Shown here one piece after another: positions 1-10,459 of a stretch of 64,000 bases of DNA (position 1 is the first letter of the stretch; each line of letters begins with the position of its first letter). A program made the position numbers and the translations under genes. Below the pieces are notes generated by a model. The model saw only the letters and a program-made list of their open reading frames with translations. It was not told the origin of the DNA and made no database searches. The stretch lies in the sequence record PP886230.1. One strand, given 5' to 3'.

Positions 1-71
1 GAAGGTTTCTGGCAACCCTAAATAAATGTGAAGAACAAAAAGTTCTTCTTAACAATTTGGGAGATACTATT

Positions 72-314
72 ATGCTCAGTTTTCGTGAACAATTAGCAAA
101 AGGTCAATTTCAGGCTAAAGCTCAAACTAATATTCCTAAAAAATCTGCATTTTTAGGAACAATTACGGAAGATGGATTTTGTGATTATGATGCACCAGAA
201 GATTCATGGTACATTACAAAAGACACAAAACGCAGTAATAGACTTCACAAAAGTACAATAGCTAGAAAGCATCGAAAAGAATTAAAGAAAATCCGTTTCG
301 GTGAAGAAGAATAA
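72..314 (+). CDS. hypothetical protein (80 aa)
   Basis: GGAGA SD at 59-63 and ATG at 72 (the track start at 57 is TTG); terminator follows; no motif recognised. Confidence 0.6.
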   Translation: MLSFREQLAKGQFQAKAQTNIPKKSAFLGTITEDGFCDYDAPEDSWYITKDTKRSNRLHKSTIARKHRKELKKIRFGEEE

Positions 315-322
315 TTTAAAAT

Positions 323-352
323 AAGGACTCTGACCACAGAGTCCTTTCTTTT
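323..352 (+). terminator. intrinsic terminator
   Basis: aaggactctg-acca-cagagtcctt followed by tctttt. Confidence 0.8.
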
Positions 353-363
353 CGGAGAATATA

Positions 364-840
364 ATGATTCATGAACACCGAGGTAATCTGTTTGAATTAT
401 TCAGTACTGTAACAGATGATAAAACAGCAATACATATAATTGCTCATGGTTGTAACGCACAGGGTAAAATGGGTTCAGGTTTTGCAAAAGAGCTAAGAAA
501 TCGTTACCCAATGGCATATGATGATTATAAAGCATATGAAAAGGAAATGGGATTTCTTAGAATTGGACAAATTGCATATTCAGCAATTAACGATAATTTG
601 ATTATTGCAAACTGTATTACCCAAAAAATGTACGGTAATGACGGTGCTAAATATGTCAGTTATGATGCAATCGACGATGTGTTCAAACATCTAAATTATT
701 TTTGTAAAGTTGATCGAGATGTTCATGTACACTTCCCGAAAATTGGAGCCGATTTGGGCGGCGGTAACTGGAACGTTATCAAAGAAATCATTGATCACCG
801 ACTGGTCAATGCAGAAAAACACTTATACATTCTAAAATAA
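364..840 (+). CDS. macrodomain protein (Poa1p/T4 Tk.4-like ADP-ribose-binding family)
   Basis: GNLF...IAHGCNAQGKMGSGFAKELRNRYP, NCITQ..YG and FPKIGADLGGGNW match macrodomain motifs. Confidence 0.85.
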   Translation: MIHEHRGNLFELFSTVTDDKTAIHIIAHGCNAQGKMGSGFAKELRNRYPMAYDDYKAYEKEMGFLRIGQIAYSAINDNLIIANCITQKMYGNDGAKYVSYDAIDDVFKHLNYFCKVDRDVHVHFPKIGADLGGGNWNVIKEIIDHRLVNAEKHLYILK

Positions 841-859
841 ACAAAAGGACTTGACAAAA

Positions 860-1168
860 ATGACTATGACCGTTAAACTACTAAACATCAATAACATTGG
901 CCCAGTACTAGCAGTTCTTCAAACCGATTCTGCTGAAGCTGTTGTAGTTAACTACCCAGCACAACTAGGGACTGACGAAAATGGTGAAATCATTCTTCGT
1001 GATTATCTAGAGTTTGTTAGTATGGAGAAAAATGTTATTTTTTATAAATCCAACATTATTAGTGTTAGTGATGCAAACCCTGCATTAGTTGATGCTTATG
1101 TTGATGCTATTAAAGCAATCGAAAACACTCCAAAAGTTTTCGTTCCTGAGAATAAAATCATTCTATAA
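860..1168 (+). CDS. hypothetical protein, possible Sm-like fold
   Basis: AAGGA SD at 845-849 fits ATG 860; beta-rich pattern ending in P...L..AY resembles small Sm-like proteins of T4-like phages (weak). Confidence 0.5.
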   Translation: MTMTVKLLNINNIGPVLAVLQTDSAEAVVVNYPAQLGTDENGEIILRDYLEFVSMEKNVIFYKSNIISVSDANPALVDAYVDAIKAIENTPKVFVPENKIIL

Positions 1169-1180
1169 TAGAGGTATATA

Positions 1181-1558
1181 ATGGCTGCTAATGACGTTAA
1201 AGTAAAAACTATCCAAGCTATCGTAGTACTGAAAGATTCTACACCATCCCCTAAAGAATTAGTAATGGCTGGGATGACTATGTTACATCAATACAACCCT
1301 GAATCACCTAACTATGTTCAAGAATACGAAGCTAAGAAGTTTAAAGAACATTGGCAGTCATGGATTAAAGATAATGAAATGGAGCAGGTAGTATATGCTG
1401 CTGATGACATTTTCGAACTGGAACAAATTGAATATCTAGCTGGTCAACAATCAGTGCCATTGAGCATTTTCGGAAATGGTGAAGAAGTTCTGGTATTGGG
1501 ACCATTCACTGCTGATGATATCATTCACTTACTGAGTAATTGTAAGAAAATTGAATAA
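1181..1558 (+). CDS. divergent peptidyl-tRNA hydrolase 2 (Pth2)-like protein
   Basis: QAIVVLKD...W....EQVVY.A.D..EL.QI...A....VP..I.....VLVLGP...I..LL...K follows the Pth2 pattern; GAGG SD. Confidence 0.55.
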   Translation: MAANDVKVKTIQAIVVLKDSTPSPKELVMAGMTMLHQYNPESPNYVQEYEAKKFKEHWQSWIKDNEMEQVVYAADDIFELEQIEYLAGQQSVPLSIFGNGEEVLVLGPFTADDIIHLLSNCKKIE

Positions 1559-1769
1559 AAATTCAAAACTATCAGGTTACCGTAACAACACGTTGAAGTA
1601 CAATGATATTAAGTACTGGGTTGATCCTTACTTAAATAAATCATTGTTAATGTACAGAGATAAATCACGAGATCTATATGGAATATATGTTACTCAGTTA
1701 ATATATATAATAGATTCCGAACATTTTACTCCATTGGTATACCTGTACTGCTTGTATAATTCAAAATAA
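1551..1769 (+). CDS. hypothetical protein (72 aa)
   Basis: fills the gap between the Pth2-like gene and the late promoter; TTG start overlapping upstream gene; no motif. Confidence 0.4.
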   Translation: MNKNSKLSGYRNNTLKYNDIKYWVDPYLNKSLLMYRDKSRDLYGIYVTQLIYIIDSEHFTPLVYLYCLYNSK

Positions 1770-1774
1770 CTATT

Positions 1775-1819
1775 AGCACCTCTAAATAATGTATATAAAC
1801 ATTAATGAGGTGCTTTTTT
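1775..1819 (+). promoter_or_regulatory. late promoter TAAATA (1783-1788) inside an SD-sequestering hairpin
   Basis: agcacctc (1775-1782) is the exact complement of gaggtgct (1807-1814, contains SD); inner stem taatgt/acatta; T-run 1814-1819. Confidence 0.75.
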
Positions 1820-2611
1820 ATGTCTTACGATTATATGGGTGGAAACCCTGATGCTCCTAACTTTGACCATCGTGAAAAACTGAAAGATGTTATCACTCAA
1901 ATGTTGGGTGCTGGGGCCGTTGAGGTAGAAATTACTGATGGTCAATTAGAAATTGCAATTGATAATGCGGTATCGAATTACAGAGCGTGGAGTTCTGCTT
2001 CTAAAGAAGAAGCATTTTTAAATATGAAATTTTATGATTCACAATCTGTATATATGCTACCAACTGAAGTTGAAATTGTTAAAAAGATTTATCGTTATGG
2101 TAATGGTTACTTAAGTTCTGGTAGTGGGAACTCAGTAGACCCGTTTTCTCTAGCATTCACCAACACTTACTTATTGACTTCAGCACGAAATGCTGGTGGA
2201 TATGATCTAACTACATATGATTTTAGTTTTCAGTTCCAAGAACTGGTAGGTCGTATGTTTGGTCGTGATATTATATTTCAATTTAACCCAATGACCAAAA
2301 AATTAATTATAGATCGTGATATTCGAGGTACTGAAGAAGTACTATTACACGTGTATCATAATATTCCTGAACCATTGTTGTTCCAAAGGCAGCAAAGTTA
2401 TCCTTGGTTGCGTGATTGGGCTTTATCCGAAGCAATGATAATGTTGGGTCGTAACCGTGCTAAATTCGCATCGCTTCCTGGACCACAGGGAACGTTTTCT
2501 ATGGATGGTGATACCTTACGCAATGAAGGTTTACAGCTTCAAGAACAGCTTAAAGAGCGTTTGAAACGTTATCAAGATGGTGCTGAACCACTCGGTATGA
2601 TTATTGGCTAA
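1820..2611 (+). CDS. gp13: neck protein (head-tail adaptor), T4 gp13-like
   Basis: KLKDVITQMLGAGAVEVEITDGQLEIAIDNAV resembles the gp13 N-terminus; WLRDWAL...MLGRNRAKF...LPGPQG...DG motif; SD GAGG at 1807. Confidence 0.85.
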   Translation: MSYDYMGGNPDAPNFDHREKLKDVITQMLGAGAVEVEITDGQLEIAIDNAVSNYRAWSSASKEEAFLNMKFYDSQSVYMLPTEVEIVKKIYRYGNGYLSSGSGNSVDPFSLAFTNTYLLTSARNAGGYDLTTYDFSFQFQELVGRMFGRDIIFQFNPMTKKLIIDRDIRGTEEVLLHVYHNIPEPLLFQRQQSYPWLRDWALSEAMIMLGRNRAKFASLPGPQGTFSMDGDTLRNEGLQLQEQLKERLKRYQDGAEPLGMIIG

Positions 2612-2614
2612 ATT

Positions 2615-2642
2615 AAAAGGACTCCTATATGGAGTCTTTTTT
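2615..2642 (+). terminator. intrinsic terminator
   Basis: aaaaggactcc-tatat-ggagtctttttt. Confidence 0.75.
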
Positions 2643-2649
2643 CATATTA

Positions 2650-2660
2650 TGTGATATAAT
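2650..2660 (+). promoter_or_regulatory. extended -10 promoter TGTGATATAAT
   Basis: same TGTGATATAAT string as the promoters at 14990 and 39061; no clear -35. Confidence 0.55.
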
Positions 2661-2687
2661 GATAATATTAATCTAAAGGAACTTGTC

Positions 2688-2957
2688 ATGAATAATAACA
2701 TAAATGTAACGTATAACAGATATCGTTGTGGTAGACCAACGCTTGATTACGAATCAACTGAAAAGTACTGGAAATTTATCAAAGATTCAATCATTGATGT
2801 TATCGGTAGAGATCGAATAAATGCATGGGCGAGTATATATCGTGATGATGATGGGGAAACATTTTTTATTACTTATGTTTCTATATATTATGGTAATGAG
2901 TCAATTCTTGGATTACTTGAAAGTTTAGTAGGAAAGGATTTAATAGAAATTATATAA
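2688..2957 (+). CDS. hypothetical protein (89 aa)
   Basis: AAGGA SD, ATG, downstream of the extended -10 promoter. Confidence 0.6.
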   Translation: MNNNINVTYNRYRCGRPTLDYESTEKYWKFIKDSIIDVIGRDRINAWASIYRDDDGETFFITYVSIYYGNESILGLLESLVGKDLIEII

Positions 2958-2975
2958 AATACATGGAGTAGTATA

Positions 2976-3602
2976 ATGGGAAGACAAATAATTGCAATTA
3001 ACGGAACTATTGGAAGTGGTAAAGATACATTTGGTGAATCTTTTATTAATAATGGTTACACACGAATGTCATTCGCAACCAATCTAAAAGATTCAGTTGC
3101 TGCCATCTTTGGATGGGACCGTGAAATGCTTGAGGGGTCAACTAAGGAAAGTCGTAAGATTCGTGAAGAACCGGATCAGTACTGGTGTGATAAGTTAGGT
3201 CGTAATGATGTATCCCCTCGATGGGTATTGCAGAATTATGGTACTAATATTTTGCGTAAGTATTTTCATAATGATATTTGGGTATTCAGTTTAGAAAAAT
3301 CAATGCAAGACATAGATGGAAATATCATCATCACTGATTGCCGTTTTCCAAATGAATTAAAAATGATTAGATCGAATAATGGGACTATTATTGAAGTTCA
3401 ACGTGTTCTACCACATTGGTATGGTTTGGCTGCCTCTTATAATAAAGGGGATATTAATATTAAACCAGTTGAACTTGAATCAGTACACGAATCTGAGTGG
3501 GCTTGGATTGGAATAAACAATCCTGATATAATTGTACAGAATAACAGTACTATTGATGATTTACATAAAAAAGCAATGGACATTATTTATTCTAATACAT
3601 AA
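2976..3602 (+). CDS. gp1: deoxynucleoside monophosphate kinase (T4 gp1-like)
   Basis: P-loop GTIGSGKDT, SFATNLKD, SPRWVLQNYGT, ITDCRFPNE. Confidence 0.9.
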   Translation: MGRQIIAINGTIGSGKDTFGESFINNGYTRMSFATNLKDSVAAIFGWDREMLEGSTKESRKIREEPDQYWCDKLGRNDVSPRWVLQNYGTNILRKYFHNDIWVFSLEKSMQDIDGNIIITDCRFPNELKMIRSNNGTIIEVQRVLPHWYGLAASYNKGDINIKPVELESVHESEWAWIGINNPDIIVQNNSTIDDLHKKAMDIIYSNT

Positions 3603-3626
3603 ATTATAAACAATAAGGACTGGACA

Positions 3627-3696
3627 ATTAAATCCTTCAATAAATAAGACTATACGAATATATTTCGAATAACCAATTATTTTTGGAGGATTTAAT
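3627..3696 (+). promoter_or_regulatory. late promoter TAAATA (3641-3646) preceded by an anti-SD arm pairing with the sheath SD
   Basis: attaaatccttcaa (3627-3640) pairs with ttggaggatttaat (3683-3696): 13 Watson-Crick pairs plus 1 G-U. Confidence 0.8.
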
Positions 3697-6360
3697 ATGG
3701 CAGGAGATCTACTCTCACCTGGCGTTTCCATTTCAGTAACTGATGAAAGTATGAGTACCGCTGCTGCTCCTGGCACTGTACCACTATTTGTAATCGCTAC
3801 TGCTGAAGACAAACTTGTCCCAGGAAGCAGTGCAATTGCTGCGGGAACTACTAAAGCAAACGCTGGAAAACTACAGCTTCTAACATCACAAAAAAGCTCA
3901 CTTGATACCTATGGTACACCAATTTTTCAAATGAATAACGGTTCTGTTGTTCAAGGTGATGAACTAAACGAATATGGCCTACATGCAGTATATTCTTATC
4001 TAGGCATTACTAACCGTGCATATGTAATTCGTGCTGATATCGATCTAGCACAACTAGCACCAAGTGCTGAAGCACCAACTGGCCCAGTATCCAATGGTAC
4101 TTTGTGGTTTGATACCGCACAATCACAAGTAGAAGCGTATGTAGCGAAGAAAGATAGTCCAAGCAGTTTTTATGATTGGCAACTTAAGCCAGTAACTATT
4201 GTAAGTGCTGAAGAAGTTGAAGATGTAAGTCTAGTAGGTTTAAATGTTGATGATTTAGTTCTACGTTACAAACCAAGCAATGGTCAGATGCTAATGTATA
4301 AACGTTCTGCTTCTGGGCTAGTGCAAATGGAAACTTACCTATCACCAATTAACAAAGTTCCAGTTGGCTCAACTGTAGAAAAAGGTAACATTTGGATTCG
4401 TGATGGTTACACCCAAAATGGTTCAAACTATTTTGGTACTCGTTTTGTTATTAAACGTTATGCATCCCTAACTCAAGTTTGGAATATTGTACCAGCATAT
4501 ACTGGTAATTCATTCCAAGAAATTGAAGCGAAAAGTGGTGTACTAAACAATAGTTATATCGCATCTCGTTTTGATGAAGATAGTAAGAGTTTCTCTTTCT
4601 ATATTCAAAGTGCAAAACTAACAACAATTAGTGCTCCTGCTTTGCCACTTGGTGAAACTATTATTGAACAAGCAGGTGCTGATAGCTATATGACTTTTGT
4701 TTATTTGAATAAATCAGTTAAAGTACTAGCAGTTCCACAAGGCGGTGTTATTAATACCCAAACTATCATCAATAATCTAAATGCAAATGCTGAAATTATT
4801 AACGATGGTTTTAAATTTAAACGTGAAACTAATGGTGGTTTAGTTGTTTCCAATACAAAAGGTTACAGTTTCAAAATCACACAAAGTGGTGATGATATTT
4901 TTGCTGAATCTGAACTACAAAAACTAACTGTAGATAGTAACAACTACTCTCTAATTAACGTTAATAACTTCCGTGTTAGTTATTCAGTACCACGTAGTGT
5001 AGCAAAAGAAGGAACTCTCTGGTATGATTTCGGGAACTCCGATAATTTAACTGTAACTATGTATGTTGCTGATGTTGCTAATGATGAATGGGATCTAGTA
5101 CAAGAAGAAAACAAATATGTACAAGTTGATGAACCAGCGGCTGACCGTTTAATTTGGGTTTGTCCTTTGTCTCAAGGCATTGATGGTTATGATTTCTATC
5201 GCAACGTTGATGGTGAATGGGTTAAACTTGACAGTACTGACCAAAGTACACTAAATGGTATGATTTTCCAAGACTTTAATTTCCCAAGCCAAGTTCCTGC
5301 GGCGGCATTGTATCAAAATGGTATGCTTGCAGTTGACCTAGGTAACACTGAAGGTGTTGTTAAGAAAATGGTTAATGGTCAATGGGAAGTTGTTAGTGGT
5401 GTAAGTCTTGATGGTGCTGGCCTATTTGGTCGTGCTGCACAACGTCAACTAGTAGTTGAAGCACTAGCTGCTGTTATTATTGGTAATGATGACATTCGTT
5501 CTGAATTTATTGATTTTAACCTAATTTGTGTACCTGGTTACGTTGAAACACTTGATGAATGTGTAACTTTAAACACTGATCGTAAAGAAACTGCATTTAT
5601 TGTTACTGACGTTCCAGCACGTTTGAATCCAACCGGAAACGGTAGTGCTGTACAACAATGGGCTACTAATGCTAACAATGCACCAAGTAACGGTTCAGTT
5701 GGTCGTACAACTGCTTATGATTATGCTGCTCAGTATATGGGTTGGTGTCTAAGTACTAACGTTGATGGTGAAGAAGTTGCAGTTCCTGGTAGTACTATTG
5801 CAATGCGTACATATGCATACAGTGATAGTGTTAGTTATGTATGGTATCCACCTGCTGGTACAACTCGTGGTGTTGTAACAAACGCTGCAAGTACTGGTTT
5901 TATCAACAGCGAAGGTGAATATCAACCAGTAGTATACAACCAAGGTCAACGTGACGTTATGTATACTAACAACATTAACCCAATTGCAATGCGTCCTAAC
6001 CGTGGTTTGCTTGTTTATGGAGATAAAACTCTATCTGCTAATCAAACTTCTGCACTAAGTCGTGTTAACGTTGCTCGTTTAGTTGTTTATATTCGTCGTC
6101 AACTAGAAATTATTTCCGAACCATTCCTATTCCGTTTGAATACTCCAAGTACTCGTCAGGAATTTAGTGGTGTAGTTAATAGCTTCTTGGCTGAAATTGT
6201 TCAACAACAGGGTCTTTATAACTTCGCAGTGGTTTGTGATGAAAGTAACAACACCGCAGAGCGTATTGACCGTAATGAACTTTGGATGGATATTGCAATT
6301 CAACCAACTAAGAGTATTAACTTCATTTACGTACCAATCCGTATCGAGAAAACTCAATAA
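3697..6360 (+). CDS. gp18: contractile tail sheath protein (T4 gp18-like, 887 aa)
   Basis: LLSPGVSISVTDES N-terminus; WYPPAGTTRG, YTNNINPI, LLVYGDKTL, SALSRVNVARL, NTAERIDRNELWMDIAIQPTKSINFIYVPI C-terminus. Confidence 0.95.
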   Translation: MAGDLLSPGVSISVTDESMSTAAAPGTVPLFVIATAEDKLVPGSSAIAAGTTKANAGKLQLLTSQKSSLDTYGTPIFQMNNGSVVQGDELNEYGLHAVYSYLGITNRAYVIRADIDLAQLAPSAEAPTGPVSNGTLWFDTAQSQVEAYVAKKDSPSSFYDWQLKPVTIVSAEEVEDVSLVGLNVDDLVLRYKPSNGQMLMYKRSASGLVQMETYLSPINKVPVGSTVEKGNIWIRDGYTQNGSNYFGTRFVIKRYASLTQVWNIVPAYTGNSFQEIEAKSGVLNNSYIASRFDEDSKSFSFYIQSAKLTTISAPALPLGETIIEQAGADSYMTFVYLNKSVKVLAVPQGGVINTQTIINNLNANAEIINDGFKFKRETNGGLVVSNTKGYSFKITQSGDDIFAESELQKLTVDSNNYSLINVNNFRVSYSVPRSVAKEGTLWYDFGNSDNLTVTMYVADVANDEWDLVQEENKYVQVDEPAADRLIWVCPLSQGIDGYDFYRNVDGEWVKLDSTDQSTLNGMIFQDFNFPSQVPAAALYQNGMLAVDLGNTEGVVKKMVNGQWEVVSGVSLDGAGLFGRAAQRQLVVEALAAVIIGNDDIRSEFIDFNLICVPGYVETLDECVTLNTDRKETAFIVTDVPARLNPTGNGSAVQQWATNANNAPSNGSVGRTTAYDYAAQYMGWCLSTNVDGEEVAVPGSTIAMRTYAYSDSVSYVWYPPAGTTRGVVTNAASTGFINSEGEYQPVVYNQGQRDVMYTNNINPIAMRPNRGLLVYGDKTLSANQTSALSRVNVARLVVYIRRQLEIISEPFLFRLNTPSTRQEFSGVVNSFLAEIVQQQGLYNFAVVCDESNNTAERIDRNELWMDIAIQPTKSINFIYVPIRIEKTQ

Positions 6361-6366
6361 AACACT

Positions 6367-6392
6367 AAGGGAACCTTTTGGTTCCCTTTTTT
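6367..6392 (+). terminator. intrinsic terminator
   Basis: aagggaacc-tttt-ggttccctttttt. Confidence 0.85.
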
Positions 6393-6439
6393 ATTGATTA
6401 AAATTAAATACCTTTATATTGATGTTATAAAGGAACATT

Positions 6440-6565
6440 ATGGATATGGAAGAAATACTAAAAAAAACAATACAAGATGTCAGTAAAATAGTTTTAACTC
6501 AGTTGGAATCAGTACACATACTAAATATATTTTTAAAAAATTTGGAAGATTGTCGGTATAATTGA
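6440..6565 (+). CDS. possible small protein (41 aa) or gene remnant
   Basis: TAAATA at 6405-6410, AAGGA SD at 6430, ATG 6440, TGA 6563-6565; below the ORF-track cutoff. Confidence 0.3.
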   Translation: MDMEEILKKTIQDVSKIVLTQLESVHILNIFLKNLEDCRYN

Positions 6566-6714
6566 AAAATACGAAGTATACACAAATGGAAAATGGTCTA
6601 TATCAGTAAACTATATTGACCACACTAAACGAAAAAGATACTTATATTGTGTTAATATTAATTGGTTCCCTGTTGATGACACTTTAGTTAATTAAAAATA
6701 TACTTCCAGATAGA

Positions 6715-6720
6715 TAAATA
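6715..6720 (+). promoter_or_regulatory. late promoter TAAATA
   Basis: GATAAATA 35 nt upstream of the tube gene ATG; the same hexamer precedes most structural operons. Confidence 0.6.
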
Positions 6721-6755
6721 ATATAAAGATGTCATTCCATAATAGGAGAATATAA

Positions 6756-7442
6756 ATGGCTACAATGCTTGATCGATATGGCGTACCGCTCGCTGGCGGT
6801 GGTCGTATCTCTATGAAACAACCAAAAGCAAAATACAAATTTCGTGTTATTTTCTTTGGTTTTGGTACTAATGATGATGGTAATATGATTACACTAGACA
6901 CCAATACAGTTGGGGCAGTATCTGTATCACATGAAAATGTTACTGTTCATAGTTACAACAGTTCTGCACACTATAAAGGTAAGTACACTTGGGATACAAT
7001 TGATGTTGCTTTCCGTGACTCAGTAGGTAATGCTTCTGCTAAAGCACTATACAACCAAATGCGTAAAGAATTCAACTACTACAGTCAAGAATCTCGCATG
7101 ACAGATTCACAATTTAAATTTGAAATGTGGATTCAAGAGCTTGATGGTTCTAATAGTGAAAATACAACAAACTTGTTTGAAGGAACATTGAGTACTTGGG
7201 TATGTCAAGGTTGCTTTATTGAATCCAGCAACTTTGGTGATTGGGATTATTCCTCAAGTGAAGCACAAGTTATTTCAATGACTGTTCAACCAGATGGTTG
7301 TGCTAAATTGGGTCCAAATGGCGAAGCGTTCGGTGATGAAGTTAGTGGCTTCGGTAATCCATCAACTGCTACCTCTATTTCTGGTGCACAAACTAATATT
7401 AGTAGTACTACTCTACCAGATAGTAACTTCTACGAAAATTAA
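6756..7442 (+). CDS. gp19: tail tube protein 1 (T4 gp19-like)
   Basis: QPKAKYKFRV, YKGKYTWDTIDVAFRD, W..QGCFIESSNFGDWDYSSSEAQVISMTVQPD tube-fold pattern; follows sheath. Confidence 0.85.
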   Translation: MATMLDRYGVPLAGGGRISMKQPKAKYKFRVIFFGFGTNDDGNMITLDTNTVGAVSVSHENVTVHSYNSSAHYKGKYTWDTIDVAFRDSVGNASAKALYNQMRKEFNYYSQESRMTDSQFKFEMWIQELDGSNSENTTNLFEGTLSTWVCQGCFIESSNFGDWDYSSSEAQVISMTVQPDGCAKLGPNGEAFGDEVSGFGNPSTATSISGAQTNISSTTLPDSNFYEN

Positions 7443-7463
7443 TTTTATTTAAACTTAATATAT

Positions 7464-7501
7464 AGCCTCGAATCTATTCGGGGCTTTTTTTATGCTAAAT
7501 A
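7464..7501 (+). terminator. intrinsic terminator followed by late promoter TAAATA (7496-7501)
   Basis: agcctcgaa-tcta-ttcggggct-tttttt, then gcTAAATA. Confidence 0.75.
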
Positions 7502-7536
7502 AAGTATAATGCCTTATAAAATAAAAAGAGGTTGCT

Positions 7537-8313
7537 ATGGCAAATAACATGATTAATAAATATGGCGTTCCTTTACCATCGGGGCGTAATCGTTCAATGC
7601 TACAACCGAAAGCAAAATACAAGTTTCGTGTTATTGTGTATAATTTCGGTACTGATATAGATGAACGTGATCACATCGCATTAGATGTTGATAAAATTGA
7701 TAGACCTACTGTAACATTTAGTACTCATAAACTATATCAATTTACTACTAATACTTCCTATATAGGTAGTCATGATTGGGAACCAATTACAATATCTATC
7801 CGTGATTCAGTTGGTAATGCATCAGCAAAAGCATTATCACGACAATTACAAAAACAACTTGACTTTCAACGTAGAATAACTTCCAGAAATGACCAAGATT
7901 ATGGTTCTTATAAATTTGGTTTGGTTATACAGATGTTGAGTGGACGTAACTCAGATGATACACTAGGAAATCTAGGAAGAGATACTCTAGTAGATGCTAC
8001 AACTGCTGCAACAAATAATTCTGGCTTAGTAAATGCAGTAGATCAATTTATTGGTGGTTCTTCATATAACAGTGCTGGTGTTATGGAATACTTTGTTTTA
8101 ACCGGATGTGTTATTCAAAACATATCATACGATTCATTAGATTATAGCTCAAGTTCTCCAGTTGAAATGGTAGTTACTATCAAACCAGATAATTGTATAC
8201 AATTTGATAATATTGAAGAAATGTATAGTACCAGAATTAATTCACTTTTACCTGAAAATGTCAATCAAGGTTTAGATATCATTGATCGTGTTTTTGGTAG
8301 TGTAGGATTTTAA
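7537..8313 (+). CDS. tail tube protein 2 (paralog of 6756..7442)
   Basis: shares YGVPL..GR.SM.QPKAKYKFRV, RDSVGNASAKAL and GC.I.....LDYSSS with tube 1; carries a ~40-aa insertion. Confidence 0.8.
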   Translation: MANNMINKYGVPLPSGRNRSMLQPKAKYKFRVIVYNFGTDIDERDHIALDVDKIDRPTVTFSTHKLYQFTTNTSYIGSHDWEPITISIRDSVGNASAKALSRQLQKQLDFQRRITSRNDQDYGSYKFGLVIQMLSGRNSDDTLGNLGRDTLVDATTAATNNSGLVNAVDQFIGGSSYNSAGVMEYFVLTGCVIQNISYDSLDYSSSSPVEMVVTIKPDNCIQFDNIEEMYSTRINSLLPENVNQGLDIIDRVFGSVGF

Positions 8314-8324
8314 GGAGATAATGA

Positions 8325-10432
<2,108 letters not shown>

Positions 10433-10459
10433 CTTAAACGACCTTATGGAGTTATTAAA

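Noticed and set aside
851-879. TTGACA-N17-TAAACT promoter
   Set aside because: Overlaps the SD and start of a coding sequence in mid-operon and has a weak -10; likely coincidental
6532-6561. -1 slippery heptamer T TTA AAA suggesting a tail-chaperone frameshift
   Set aside because: The -1 frame stops at 6559-6561, and the position between sheath and tube is not the usual chaperone locus
6698-6754. Anti-SD arm for tail tube 1
   Set aside because: Only 4+4 bp with an internal loop, and offset from TAAATA; too weak to call
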